A DNA stretch of 64,000 bases. Origin: a virus. Positions 8,604 to 18,640 of this stretch are shown here, piece by piece. The first letter of the stretch is position 1, and every line of letters begins with the position of its first letter. The position numbers were made by a program, and so were the translations under genes. The stretch is from IMG/VR virus record IMGVR_UViG_3300045988_181067, positions 297,851 to 361,850 of that record; one strand, 5' to 3'. A model generated the notes under the pieces. It was not told the DNA's origin. It was given only the letters and a program-made list of their open reading frames with translations, and ran no database searches.

Positions 8604-9566
8604 TCACACCCTGTAATCTGTATCCCAATCTCCATATGTATTTGCCTGCGCCGGATAGGCACAGTATACACCGCTCGACCCGCCGGAAACGCAGGTCATA
8701 CTGCAGATGAAGCTTTCGCAGTCTCTGCAGCCGTAGGTCCTCATGCCTCCGTTTGCTTTTCCCTTTGGGCAAGGTGCAAGGAATCCTCTATGCCTATCCA
8801 CTACGCGCAGGAACTGCTGTAGCGGCTCCTTTGCGAGCCGTTTCCGCATCATTTCGATAGTGGTACGGAAAAAATCAAGCATATCCATTTTGCCGCTCAT
8901 GTGAATTTCGTGGTCATCATCTACATCAAAGTATTTGTATGTCGGTTTCCAACTCATGCGGTCAACATGTGACCAGTTGACGCGGCGAATCGCGTATTCA
9001 GGCTTGTCTTCACCGGTTTCAATTGTGCCGAAATAAAAGCAGATACTGACCCAAGCATTGACACTGTCCTGCTGCGGCACCGGTCCGAAGCGCAGGACTG
9101 ACAGCGGGCGCTCCCAATAGAGATGGAAGTAGTCCGGCAATCCGTCTTTGCCAATAGTAGGTACAATGCCTTTGTCTGAGACATCGAACACCCACGCCAC
9201 TTTGTAACCGAGGGTATTATAGAATGTATTCCGCTCTCTGAATTCTTGCGGCGTAATAGGACTGTGCTGAAATTCCACTACGACGCCGTCCTTGAAGACA
9301 TCTGCGCGATGAATCTCACCATTGTGTTTCATCACGACTTCTCGGCACTCAATGGGGAATTGTTCCTGCATAGTCTTGTGCCAGTCGCTCATATCGTAAT
9401 GCCAGTGGTCTGGGCAAGCGCCTGCTTCATGTGCGAAATGGTGTGCGTTGACTTCCCCTGCCCGCAGAATCAGCTTCCCGCTGCATACCGGACAGAAATA
9501 ATCTGTCTGCTTATTTGCTTCGTCTGCCCAAATGAGCGTTCCTTCGGTGTCTCGTGCAACAAACAT
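8604..9566 (-). CDS. Competence protein CoiA-like nuclease family
   Basis: N-terminal Zn finger YFCPVCSGKLILRAGEVNAHHFAH typical of CoiA; extra C-terminal Cys cluster. Confidence 0.65.
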   Translation of the reverse strand: MFVARDTEGTLIWADEANKQTDYFCPVCSGKLILRAGEVNAHHFAHEAGACPDHWHYDMSDWHKTMQEQFPIECREVVMKHNGEIHRADVFKDGVVVEFQHSPITPQEFRERNTFYNTLGYKVAWVFDVSDKGIVPTIGKDGLPDYFHLYWERPLSVLRFGPVPQQDSVNAWVSICFYFGTIETGEDKPEYAIRRVNWSHVDRMSWKPTYKYFDVDDDHEIHMSGKMDMLDFFRTTIEMMRKRLAKEPLQQFLRVVDRHRGFLAPCPKGKANGGMRTYGCRDCESFICSMTCVSGGSSGVYCAYPAQANTYGDWDTDYRV

Positions 9567-9608
9567 TGTTATTTCTCCTTTGTATCTGTTATTTCTCTTG
9601 ATTTTGCG

Positions 9609-10508
9609 TTATGCCTTATGTTTGTGCCAGAAAACCCGGTATTTCCCGTTCACCACGCCTTCCGACACATAGTCTGACAAAGTATATCCCCACATCCTGC
9701 AAGCCTCCTCTGCCGCTTCGTAGCCACGCAAGCCGAAGCCTTCCGTGAAGTGTCCTGCCTTGCAGCGGTAGAAGCCGCATTTACGGAGCATCAAGGGGTC
9801 TTCGTACGCCGCAATGTCGTTGCTCGCATATTTTACATACAGCATCTCTTTTGAGAACAGAAAACTCAGAGCCGCCATGATAGGAGACGGTGTATGGTCC
9901 TTCGTATTGAACTCGATATGTACATGATGTTCGCCATCTACATTGACCTTTACCGCTTCCGGTTCTTCAACGCTATCCGACATGACTTGCCATCCGTAGA
10001 AATGGAAGTCGTCTAAGAAATACTCACGCTTGTACCTTCCGAGATATTCGAGGTATATGTTCAGCTCTTTCTCTGCTTCCTCATCCAATTTTTGTTGGCT
10101 GCAAATGATTTTACCGTTTCCATTGCGGAATCCGGCATCGACCATTTCGTTTTTGTTTGGCTCTGCTACCGATAACATTCCTTTTCGGTCTGAAAGGGTT
10201 TGAAAGCCCTGCTCTACCTCCTCTTGCTTGAGGTGTTCGTTGGCGAACCAATACGGGTGGAAGTAGTTCTTCATCATCTCCGTAAGTCCATCCGGCTTGT
10301 AGTTGCGCGGGTCTGTACCGAAGCGTTTGATTGTCGCGTAAGCCAGAAGTTCCGACCTCGATTCGTTGACCTTTGGGTCGTCGGATAACTGCAGAATTTT
10401 CTTGAATGAGAACGGATTCTCTCCGTCCCGTATCGTATTCAAGAAACTGTTTACTTTTGCGTCTGAGCTGAAACATATGGTAAGAACATTCTTTGTTCTG
10501 CTTTGCAT
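9609..10508 (-). CDS. hypothetical protein
   Basis: 299-aa intact ORF, no recognisable motif. Confidence 0.5.
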   Translation of the reverse strand: MQSRTKNVLTICFSSDAKVNSFLNTIRDGENPFSFKKILQLSDDPKVNESRSELLAYATIKRFGTDPRNYKPDGLTEMMKNYFHPYWFANEHLKQEEVEQGFQTLSDRKGMLSVAEPNKNEMVDAGFRNGNGKIICSQQKLDEEAEKELNIYLEYLGRYKREYFLDDFHFYGWQVMSDSVEEPEAVKVNVDGEHHVHIEFNTKDHTPSPIMAALSFLFSKEMLYVKYASNDIAAYEDPLMLRKCGFYRCKAGHFTEGFGLRGYEAAEEACRMWGYTLSDYVSEGVVNGKYRVFWHKHKA

Positions 10509-10575
10509 GAAAGCATCCTCCTCTATTTACGCATCGCCTAAAAGCCGCACAGACGATGCAAATTGCTGATACTTT

Positions 10576-10604
10576 CATTGTATTCGATTCGCAAGATGTT
10601 ACAA
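10576..10604 (-). promoter_or_regulatory. class-1 promoter TTGTAA-16-TACAAT with TCGATTCGCA operator-like spacer
   Basis: Seen in sequence; member of recurring motif family. Confidence 0.5.
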
Positions 10605-10781
10605 ATGAACCTTTTGCAGGCAAACAAATTCACGGTCACTTTGGCTGTTCTTCCAGAGCGACAGGAGCCTTGCCGCAGCCGCTCCCGTGAGCCCTATGTG
10701 CTGTTTCTATATGTGGGGATGTAGTTACATGCTTTGCGTTCAGAACGGTTCTTACTGCTTCTCTGTTGGTAGTCTTGTTAA

Positions 10782-10822
10782 AAGAAAAGAGCCTCCTCAA
10801 ATTGAGGAAGCTCTTCGCTTTT
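10782..10822 (-). terminator. rho-independent terminator
   Basis: GAGCTTCCTCAATTTGAGGAGGCTC hairpin followed by T-run on minus strand. Confidence 0.5.
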
Positions 10823-10827
10823 GCTGA

Positions 10828-11661
10828 TTATTCGGTAGGTGCTGGTGCTGCGTTTGTGGAATTGTCCACGGTCGTCTCACCGGCGAGTTCTGTTCTGTAC
10901 AGTTGGGCGGCATTTGCATCCACGGTGGAAACGTCGAAGCCGTTACCATTGAGGAAGTCGTAGGCATCAATGACAATCTGCTTCAAAGCGTTTACATCGT
11001 CGGATGTAATCAGAGGATTTTCTTCCTGTAGCATCCCGCTGTATTGAGCGTATTTGCTGCGGAATTCAGAGACCTGAGGCGAATAGCTGTCGTTCATGCT
11101 AATCATCGGATTGTTGTTCATCACATAGAGCAACGAATCCAGCGTTTCAATCACCTGCGACAGTTCTTTTTTCTGGTTCCGGTAATTGTAGACGGTTACG
11201 ATGGCTTTCTCTATCTGCAATACGGGATTCTGAATTTCCTCGTATTCCTGTTTCATCTCATCGGTGACAGGAATGTTGCCAACATCAAGAACCTCGTCCC
11301 ATGTGACGCCGCTTGATGTCAGCTCATGGGTCAAATCGGTGGTCTCCTTGCCTTCTTCAATATCGATGTCGTGCTTTTCACAAAGCTCACTGAAGATGTC
11401 GGGCTCCGGTGTGGCAGTAGGTACGGGTGTTGCCGTTGCGGAAGCAGTTCCCTGCTTTCCGTCATTCTGCGCCGTGTTGTCAGATGATGCGGAAGCCGCA
11501 TCACCTTCCTGTGCCGTCTCCTCGGTAGAAGCCTCCGCAGAAACTGCGGAGTTTGCCGTGCTGTTGGTTTTGTTGTCTTTGTCGGCTTTACCCGCACAAC
11601 CTGCGAGTATGCCGCAAAGCATTACGGCAGCGAGACTCGCCGCCAATGCCTTACGCTGCAT
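10828..11661 (-). CDS. lipoprotein, hypothetical
   Basis: Signal peptide with LAGC lipobox; Ser/Thr/Ala-rich linker. Confidence 0.55.
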   Translation of the reverse strand: MQRKALAASLAAVMLCGILAGCAGKADKDNKTNSTANSAVSAEASTEETAQEGDAASASSDNTAQNDGKQGTASATATPVPTATPEPDIFSELCEKHDIDIEEGKETTDLTHELTSSGVTWDEVLDVGNIPVTDEMKQEYEEIQNPVLQIEKAIVTVYNYRNQKKELSQVIETLDSLLYVMNNNPMISMNDSYSPQVSEFRSKYAQYSGMLQEENPLITSDDVNALKQIVIDAYDFLNGNGFDVSTVDANAAQLYRTELAGETTVDNSTNAAPAPTE

Positions 11662-11667
11662 AATTCC

Positions 11668-12693
11668 TTATGCCCCCTTGCTCAGTTTCTCGTGGATACG
11701 AGTCGCGAAAGTCGTTGCGATTTCCTTTTCCTTGTCGGCTTCGAACATCTCAACATCCTGTGCCTGATTGTCCTTGCAATCATACACAAAGTAGTGTGCG
11801 TCGTCACGGATAAGGCAAACAGCACCTTCCTTGTACTCTTCGATGGCGTACACATTTTCCGGAATGTTGCCGCGCTTCATCAGAGAAATCATTGCCTGCT
11901 CGAACTTCGTCAGTTCTACGGGTTCTTCGTCCACAACAGCCTCGGTCTGCTCTTCCTCGGATTTGGGCTCTGCAGCAGGAAGCTCCTCACTAACAGGGTC
12001 ATTGCTCTCTTCGGACGCGGCAGGCTCTTCCTGCACTTCTTCTGCGGGAGCTGCTTCGGGCTGCTGCTCTTCCTCAACAGGCTGGTCGCACTGCTCAGAA
12101 ATACTTTCCTGCTCAGGCTCTTCGTCCTGCTCGGCTTCCGGTTCTTTGACAACGCCGTTCATCACGTTGGCAATGTCATCGAGCGTTTCATTGGAAACAC
12201 TGTCATTGACCATGGCGGTAACAATCGGACTGATGGGCTCATGCCCTGTGGTGTCGTCCATGGCAGGCTCTTTTACTTCCTGCGGTGCAGGCATTTCCTC
12301 TGCAGCCTTCAGCTTTTCGGCAGGTTCGTGAACTTCTTCATCCTGTGCCTTTTCAGCTACGCTTGCTTTTTCATCGCCGTGGCGGTTATGCTGTTCACTG
12401 TCGTCCTTGCGATATACCGTCTTGGCAGCTACGCTTCCGACCAGCTCTTTGGTGTGGCTGTTGGCAGTTGCGCACTTGACCATCGCAATCAAAGACAGAA
12501 CTGCACATACCGCGAGTGCAACCGTGATTGCCATGACGATGATGTCAGAAGTGACATCCGTAAAGCCGAGACTGAACAGGATGCCGTTCTGGAACAGAAG
12601 CAGCACAGCCAGCATGCCGAGCGAAACGATAAGACTGAGCGCAGTCAGGGCAGTGGGTGCTTTCGAAAAAGCCTTTTTGTTAGAGTTACTCAT
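11668..12693 (-). CDS. membrane protein with acidic linker, hypothetical
   Basis: Two N-terminal TM helices, Glu/Pro-rich region. Confidence 0.5.
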   Translation of the reverse strand: MSNSNKKAFSKAPTALTALSLIVSLGMLAVLLLFQNGILFSLGFTDVTSDIIVMAITVALAVCAVLSLIAMVKCATANSHTKELVGSVAAKTVYRKDDSEQHNRHGDEKASVAEKAQDEEVHEPAEKLKAAEEMPAPQEVKEPAMDDTTGHEPISPIVTAMVNDSVSNETLDDIANVMNGVVKEPEAEQDEEPEQESISEQCDQPVEEEQQPEAAPAEEVQEEPAASEESNDPVSEELPAAEPKSEEEQTEAVVDEEPVELTKFEQAMISLMKRGNIPENVYAIEEYKEGAVCLIRDDAHYFVYDCKDNQAQDVEMFEADKEKEIATTFATRIHEKLSKGA

Positions 12694-12782
12694 TTTTCTC
12701 TCACTCCATGATGTGATAATGGTTGTACCGCGCAGATGGTTTTCTTTGCGGTGTTGATGATATCCTTTTTTAGGATACCCCT

Positions 12783-12811
12783 ATTATACCACACAATTTG
12801 CAATTAGTCAA
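12783..12811 (-). promoter_or_regulatory. extended -10 promoter (TTGACT-17-TGgTATAAT)
   Basis: Seen in sequence. Confidence 0.45.
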
Positions 12812-12905
12812 TCACGAATACGCGAAGGAGCGGTATTTTCAGCAAATATTTACCTTTGTCGAGTGAAGTTTGAGCAACAATCCATTAGATGTACAGCTCA
12901 GGCGT

Positions 12906-13103
12906 TTACTCGGTGACGGAAGCTGCCTCAGCAGTTTCGACTGTTGCATCCTCCGACGTAGCCTCTTCGATTTCAGTGCTCTCGGACGCGACGGTTGAGG
13001 TTGTCGTGGAAGAAGGAGTCTCATCCTTCTTGCCGCAACCGGCAAGCATCACCATTGCGGCGGCTGCAACTGCCACCGCCATCAGCATTTTCTTGTTTTT
13101 CAT
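12906..13103 (-). CDS. small lipoprotein, hypothetical
   Basis: Start MKNKKMLMAVA with AAAGGAGAA RBS; LAGC lipobox. Confidence 0.45.
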   Translation of the reverse strand: MKNKKMLMAVAVAAAAMVMLAGCGKKDETPSSTTTSTVASESTEIEEATSEDATVETAEAASVTE

Positions 13104-13277
13104 TTTGTGTTCTCCTTTGTGTTTGGGTTTCAGTGCAACCCTCATGGCATTTGCCGCAAAGAAAAAGGCGAGCCGCCCGACGAATCAGGCAGCCCGCCAG
13201 CGGGCAGGTACTGCGGCCTTGTACCGGTCCGAAGTTTAAGTATATGCAACTCGCACAACAGTGCAAGCACTTTTTTG

Positions 13278-14288
13278 TTAGGGATACACAATTCCACTCG
13301 GCAGCTTTATACCAATGACATTGTCCAATGGGATGAATGCCAAAGCATCATCTATTGTAATGAACATGCCGCTGGATGGGTTTAAGCACAAGTACCCATT
13401 GCGAAGGTAGAAACCGTCTTGTTGAATTAACTGATAATCTTGTAGGTCCCTAAATCTATAGGAAGCAATGCTTGTTGCCTCCCCTTCTGCAGTTTTGTAC
13501 TTGACAACGAGTTTGGTCCCGGCAGTATTTGCTGCCAGCTCAATCAACTTTTTGAGCCGCACATATTTCGGGATTTTCTCGATTTTATCGCGGCAAAGGC
13601 GCTTTACCGCCTCGTTTTCCAAAACTGCTTCACGAGGGTCTTTGGCTACTTTGGTGTTGTCGTGACCATTTGAGTATCGGCGCATCTGCAGGACTGGTTC
13701 AATCCAGTTGTCGGGGTCGGCGAGCCAATAGCCGGAGGTTTCGTCATTGTTAAGACCAGAACAGGCAATGTAGGAGTCAATCAAATCCATGCGAAAACCG
13801 TTTGTATAATAGTTCGCAGCAAGAAGAGTCAGTTCTTTCTTCTCTTTTTCCGAATGACTTGCCAAGAACCTCAAGGTCTCAATTTCTGTAACCGGGTATT
13901 TTTCTCGGATGTACTTATTCAGACTCTCTCTGATGTTCTTATCAAAATCTCTGGGAAAGTCTTTTGCCTGGAATCCGCAGAATTTTAGGAACTTTGTTTC
14001 TTCAGTATCCCCGTTGTGTGGATAGATATACTTGTTATCCACGATGAAGCCGATGAGAGACAGTTCTTCACGGTAGTGGCTCAAGTCCGCTTCGCTCTGC
14101 CCCGGCTCTACCGCCGTCATCATGTTGTAAAGGAGTTCGACCTTGTGCTTTTTCTGTAGCATCGGCTTGCGCAATAATTCGGCATATGCCGTGTAATCGT
14201 CGAATTTCATAGGGAAAACACCGGCAATATAGCTTTGTTCTGAGTTTCCTATAAACTCTTTAAGCGTGCCTCTTGTAAGTTTGTTCAC
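13278..14288 (-). CDS. hypothetical protein
   Basis: 336-aa intact ORF; 4-bp overlap with downstream small gene. Confidence 0.5.
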   Translation of the reverse strand: MNKLTRGTLKEFIGNSEQSYIAGVFPMKFDDYTAYAELLRKPMLQKKHKVELLYNMMTAVEPGQSEADLSHYREELSLIGFIVDNKYIYPHNGDTEETKFLKFCGFQAKDFPRDFDKNIRESLNKYIREKYPVTEIETLRFLASHSEKEKKELTLLAANYYTNGFRMDLIDSYIACSGLNNDETSGYWLADPDNWIEPVLQMRRYSNGHDNTKVAKDPREAVLENEAVKRLCRDKIEKIPKYVRLKKLIELAANTAGTKLVVKYKTAEGEATSIASYRFRDLQDYQLIQQDGFYLRNGYLCLNPSSGMFITIDDALAFIPLDNVIGIKLPSGIVYP

Positions 14289-14476
14289 GCTTTTCCTCCG
14301 TACAGTGCCGCTACAATATCGACCGCTTCATCCATTGAGCGGCAGGTATAGCTCATAGCTTTGCCGTTGCCGACCAGCATGTTGCCGCTGCGCCAATAGG
14401 CCTTGGAGTCGGTGGTGTAGATGATGTTGTCCTCTACACGAAGCTCTACGCCGTTTTTGGTCATCGCGTTTTTCAT
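14285..14476 (-). CDS. small hypothetical protein (paralog A)
   Basis: 63 aa; similar to downstream 88-aa protein (..I.T.D...YW......L...G......DIV.AL.YGG). Confidence 0.45.
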   Translation of the reverse strand: MKNAMTKNGVELRVEDNIIYTTDSKAYWRSGNMLVGNGKAMSYTCRSMDEAVDIVAALYGGKA

Positions 14477-14509
14477 GTGAGTCTCTCCCTCTGTTATTTA
14501 TTGTTTCTC

Positions 14510-14537
14510 ATTGTATGCGAATCGCAAGTTTTAGCAA
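14510..14537 (-). promoter_or_regulatory. class-1 promoter TTGCTA-16-TACAAT with perfect TGCGAATCGCA palindrome in spacer
   Basis: Seen in sequence. Confidence 0.5.
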
Positions 14538-14544
14538 CGAAACC

Positions 14545-14811
14545 TTATGCTTGGATGCGCACGCCATCTGCGGCAAACATATGTTCGAGAATCCTTGTCG
14601 TTTCGGTTTCTCGACCCTTGATGCCGCCGTATTTTAGTAGAACGATAGTCAATGCCTCTTTGATGTCTGCTACTCCGCGTTGGCACACACCATCATCGCG
14701 TATCAGCTTATTATCTTGTAGCCAATATGATGTGTTATCTGAGGTAAATATCGTGTTGCCGTTGATTTTCAGTATAACTCCCGAACCAGACTCTAATTTA
14801 ATAACTTCCAC
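14545..14811 (-). CDS. small hypothetical protein (paralog B)
   Basis: Probable GTG start after AAAGGGGA; paralogous to 14285..14476. Confidence 0.4.
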   Translation of the reverse strand: MEVIKLESGSGVILKINGNTIFTSDNTSYWLQDNKLIRDDGVCQRGVADIKEALTIVLLKYGGIKGRETETTRILEHMFAADGVRIQA

Positions 14812-14930
14812 CCAAATGTCCCCTTTTATGTTTTGTTGAGCAGGTATTTGCCAGCATACGCTGTTGCCCGCCGCTCGCCCCGTGGAGGCTCCTGCCGTGA
14901 GCGGCTGCGCGGGAGACCCGCGCATTTCAG

Positions 14931-16625
14931 TTACATCTCTGCGTTAAACAAGTTGCGGAGTTTGTAGGTAATGTCTTCGCTGTTACCAACAATGGATGTT
15001 GCTTCGTTGATAGAAGCGAGTTCCGAAAGGCTATCCGCTGCATAGTTGTAGCTGATGGTATAGATAGGAATGTTCATGCCTGCAATGATGCTTTTTGTGT
15101 CGGAGAACTTATAGCCGGTATTGCTGTCACCATCCGTCAAAACAAAGATGATTGGCGTGCAATTCGCGCCGAGTTCCTGAGACTTTTTATAGATACGGTC
15201 CATTGCAACGCAAAGGCCGTTGTACATGGCTGTGTTGCCGTTGGCATCGAGGGAGTTCACGGCACCCTTGTACAGAGTTTTCTGGGAAAGGGAAAATTTA
15301 TCAATTGGCAGATATTCGCGGACGCTTGAATCAAAGCCAATGATGCCGATGTAGTTGTCGTCGTTAATATATTGAATTGTGTTAATCATCGCGGTTTTTA
15401 ATGCGTTGATTGGTTCACCACGCATTGAGCCGGAGGTATCAACAACAAATTCTGCAACGATGGGAATTCCGGAGTCTTTCTCTTCTTTCCAAATGCCCTG
15501 AGCCTGCGCAATGATGCTGCCGTCATATTCCTTGCCTGTGTAAGCATAATCGTCCATAGCGTTAAAGCCGTCTTTCGTTGCAACGGCTTTGTTTTGCTCG
15601 CAAAAAGAGATAAATGCAGCGATGACCTCTTTCTTTTCGGCCGAGATATTGCCAACCGAATAAAGCGGATTATCGTGGCGTACACCAAACGGAATGAACT
15701 CGTAGTTTCTTTGTAAGGTTGGGTCGATTTGGTAAGATTGATACTCCATGACCAGTCCATCTACAACACCCTTGTCAGCAGACTGGACCATCTGCTGTGT
15801 AGTAAAGGATACCAGCGGAACATTTGCTTGGAATTTCTGGAAGTTCTCGACTGCTACTGCATCCACGATATTGTCGCTGTCGCTGCTTGCCAAAGCTGCA
15901 AGCAGGAAATTAAGGCCCGTGGCACTTGTATAGGGGTTAGAATAGCCCATCATCATTTTCCCGTCGATGGTTGCATTCAGAACAGTATTCACAGATGCTT
16001 CGCCATAATCTGCTCGCAGCATATCCCCTGTTTTCTTAGATACGAGAATACCTGCCACATTACCAACCAAACGGTCGGTTTCCACGGTAAGTTCTACGCC
16101 TTCATTCTCGACAAGTTTGCCGAAAAGCGTATTAGAAGGCGTATAGCACTCAGGCTGATATTTTCCTGTTGAAATATACTCAGCAGCCGTGCCGGAAGGA
16201 ATAGAACGCAACGAAACGCTCATGGTTTTATCATCAGTGGTTTTATTATGCTGATTGTTGAACTTCTTCGCCATCTCTGTCAGGAAAGAGTCAGAGCCAG
16301 ATTCCGCCGCTTTTTCGCCGGACGAAAAAATTTCAATATTGACCTCCCCTGTCCCCTCTACTACAAACGGGTAGGAAGACTCGATGTCGGGCAGCTCATC
16401 TTTTGCATCCAAGAACTCGGAGACATCCAGCTGCTGCGGTGCGACGGTCACTTCCTGTACACCGATTCGTTTCATCTTACCACTCAAGTCGGCGTACGCT
16501 TGTTCGGTTGTCATTGTGCTTGTGCTAACGCTTGAGTCGCGCAGCACCGTCTGAGAGAACACCCCCAGAACGACACCCACGATTGCGATGGTCGCTACCA
16601 CCGGGAAAATACTTCTTCTCGCCAT
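14931..16625 (-). CDS. von Willebrand factor A domain protein with N-terminal TM anchor
   Basis: MIDAS motif DTSGSM and VLTDGDSN in C-terminal third; GGAGGAA RBS before MARRSIF start. Confidence 0.7.
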   Translation of the reverse strand: MARRSIFPVVATIAIVGVVLGVFSQTVLRDSSVSTSTMTTEQAYADLSGKMKRIGVQEVTVAPQQLDVSEFLDAKDELPDIESSYPFVVEGTGEVNIEIFSSGEKAAESGSDSFLTEMAKKFNNQHNKTTDDKTMSVSLRSIPSGTAAEYISTGKYQPECYTPSNTLFGKLVENEGVELTVETDRLVGNVAGILVSKKTGDMLRADYGEASVNTVLNATIDGKMMMGYSNPYTSATGLNFLLAALASSDSDNIVDAVAVENFQKFQANVPLVSFTTQQMVQSADKGVVDGLVMEYQSYQIDPTLQRNYEFIPFGVRHDNPLYSVGNISAEKKEVIAAFISFCEQNKAVATKDGFNAMDDYAYTGKEYDGSIIAQAQGIWKEEKDSGIPIVAEFVVDTSGSMRGEPINALKTAMINTIQYINDDNYIGIIGFDSSVREYLPIDKFSLSQKTLYKGAVNSLDANGNTAMYNGLCVAMDRIYKKSQELGANCTPIIFVLTDGDSNTGYKFSDTKSIIAGMNIPIYTISYNYAADSLSELASINEATSIVGNSEDITYKLRNLFNAEM

Positions 16626-16626
16626 G

Positions 16627-17439
16627 TCAATTTCCTCCATTTAATGTATCATATCGTTTCATAGCCTCACGGCTAATTTCTTCGTCTTGTTTAATATCTT
16701 CCTCCGTTTTACTGATAACGGTATCGAGCTTTGTCATAGCAAGAACGACATCAGTATCCCACGGATTTTGTGCCGAGCGCTGATTCAGTGCATATGCAAG
16801 AGAATCGAGACGCAGAATGAGCCGTTCGTTATCGTGAACCACTTTATTGACTGTGTTTACAATACCATCATAGATTTCCTTTTTCTTTTTAGCTTCTTCT
16901 TTATCTCCAAACGAAATGGAACCACGGCAGAAAGCGTTATACTCGGTTTCATCGAACATGGAGGCTGAACGAATAGCGTCATCTAAGCGGTCATAGAAGA
17001 TTCGCTCTGCAGATGCCAGCAGTGTTAAGCATTTTGCCTGCTCGCCTGATGTTTTACTATCCTGCGTCATACTGTATGCGGTAGCCATTTTTGAACCGAA
17101 GCGGCGAATTTGGTATAGCATCTGGTCTGCTTGTTCAGAAAAGACACTTTTTGTTTTCACGATTGCTTTGATTCTGTCCGCATACTGTTCTTCCTTGTTT
17201 GCCGGTTGTTCTACCGTCGTTTTGTTCTGCGCTTCTCGTTTCTTTGAAATCTTGCGATATGCGATATAGGCGCACAGGAGCAGGAATAAAACCGGCGTGC
17301 CATACTTTGCCAGCAATACGAAAAACAGCGATGTTCCGTGCATATACTCGATGGCATAATAAGTTTTGATATACGCCTCTACCATATAAACGATAGCTGC
17401 TGCTATAATAAGTAGGCTCACACTGAGCATTAAATCCAC
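16627..17439 (-). CDS. membrane protein (2 TM) with cytoplasmic C-terminal domain, hypothetical
   Basis: Immediately upstream of vWA gene; two N-terminal TM helices. Confidence 0.5.
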   Translation of the reverse strand: MDLMLSVSLLIIAAAIVYMVEAYIKTYYAIEYMHGTSLFFVLLAKYGTPVLFLLLCAYIAYRKISKKREAQNKTTVEQPANKEEQYADRIKAIVKTKSVFSEQADQMLYQIRRFGSKMATAYSMTQDSKTSGEQAKCLTLLASAERIFYDRLDDAIRSASMFDETEYNAFCRGSISFGDKEEAKKKKEIYDGIVNTVNKVVHDNERLILRLDSLAYALNQRSAQNPWDTDVVLAMTKLDTVISKTEEDIKQDEEISREAMKRYDTLNGGN

Positions 17440-17680
17440 CTCGTTACTTTTTATTTTGTATATTTTGCTTCTGTATTTATGTCCATTGTGTAAACAATTA
17501 CTCGATATGGATGATTTTAATGTTGATTCATGGTATAATATATTCGCAAATCAAAAGTCGTTGTGGAGTGATTGACCTATGAAGTAAAATGGCTTGCGGA
17601 TAAAACTATAAGATTAAAATTCACCTCGTTACTTTTTATTTTGTATGTTTCACTTCTGTATTTATGTGCATAGTGTGAAA
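17431..17680. repeat. Duplicated ~65-bp leader/RBS segment (two copies, about 85% identical)
   Basis: TCACCTCGTTACTTTTTATTTTGTAT..TTCTGTATTTATGT repeated at 17431-17495 and 17610-17680. Confidence 0.6.
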
Positions 17681-17723
17681 ATGTCGCAGCCCGTGCGGCT
17701 GCGTGGAGAAGAACCTCTACCAA

Positions 17724-18281
17724 TTATGGTAGGGGCTCTTTTTCCTTTTTCGGTGCGGTTTTTATCATATCCTGATAATACATACGAGTCATGACCTCTA
17801 CTGTTGTCATACCCCTGTATCCAGCCTCGATTGCTTGTGCTACGATGTCATATTTGTCATCTACAAAGAGGACCTCACGCGGTTGGAGCTTACGACTTTC
17901 TGCGATTAGACGCATCGTCTGTATCTTACGGCTCGGCGAGCTCGTTCCAACAACATCTGAAATCAGACCCGGATAATACTTGTCGAGCCATTGCTTTTTG
18001 GGTGGCAGCATAATACTGTCTGCCACCCAAGTGATGCACAGCTTATCGATATTTTTCGCATCTTCTTCGACGAACTGCTTTATTAGCGGATTTGCGACTC
18101 CCAAGTTCTCGTACACGCGGTATCCGCTGCCAGGAAGAATAGCTTCCTCGCTCAAAATTGCTCGCATAATTTTGTCATCATCGCCAAAGCGATTGGCTGC
18201 GTAATGAACAAAAAGCGTATCGTCATAATCAAAGAAGATGAGTTTTATGCCACACGGAATAATGCTTTCAGGAATAACCAT
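17724..18281 (-). CDS. HAD-superfamily hydrolase
   Basis: Motif I FFDYDDTL (DxDxT). Confidence 0.55.
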   Translation of the reverse strand: MVIPESIIPCGIKLIFFDYDDTLFVHYAANRFGDDDKIMRAILSEEAILPGSGYRVYENLGVANPLIKQFVEEDAKNIDKLCITWVADSIMLPPKKQWLDKYYPGLISDVVGTSSPSRKIQTMRLIAESRKLQPREVLFVDDKYDIVAQAIEAGYRGMTTVEVMTRMYYQDMIKTAPKKEKEPLP

Positions 18282-18290
18282 GTTTTTCCT

Positions 18291-18503
18291 TCACCCAACC
18301 TTGCTATATCCACGGTCAGCTAACCACTTGTGGATGTCGTTGGTGATGTCTGTTGTATCCAGTGTGTACTTGGTAACACTGCCATCCTCGTTTTTACGGT
18401 AAAAGATTTTGCGCTTTTGTACCTTGCCTAGCGTAGTCCTTCCCTCTTCGAGTCCCACACTGTCCGATACAATAGCTCTACCGTATTCTTGACACACTCC
18501 CAC
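18291..18503 (-). pseudogene. C-terminal fragment of gene split by IS insertion (paralog of 29049..29750)
   Basis: ..IHKWLADRGYSKVG matches C-terminus ..IHRWLANRGYKHVG of 29049 gene. Confidence 0.5.
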
Positions 18504-18640
18504 GATTAAAATCGTGGGATTCTACTTCAACGATGCCGCTGGCTGACCCAGTCTTACGCCTCTCGGTAACGGCATGGTGCCCCATCCGTGAGAGTATTTT
18601 TACGTAGGGTAGCCCATTTGAGCTAATCCCATACGACATA
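18499..18640 (-). ncRNA. TnpB-associated omega/right-end RNA region (approximate)
   Basis: 3' end of tnpB through right-end hairpin, established location of the TnpB omega/right-end RNA. Confidence 0.4.

Noticed and set aside
10111-10623. 170-aa minus ORF overlapping 9609-10508
   Set aside because: Out-of-frame overlap, Arg-rich, spans the promoter region.
11692-12711. 339-aa + strand ORF
   Set aside because: Antisense to a membrane-protein gene; Leu/Phe/Cys-rich, no RBS.
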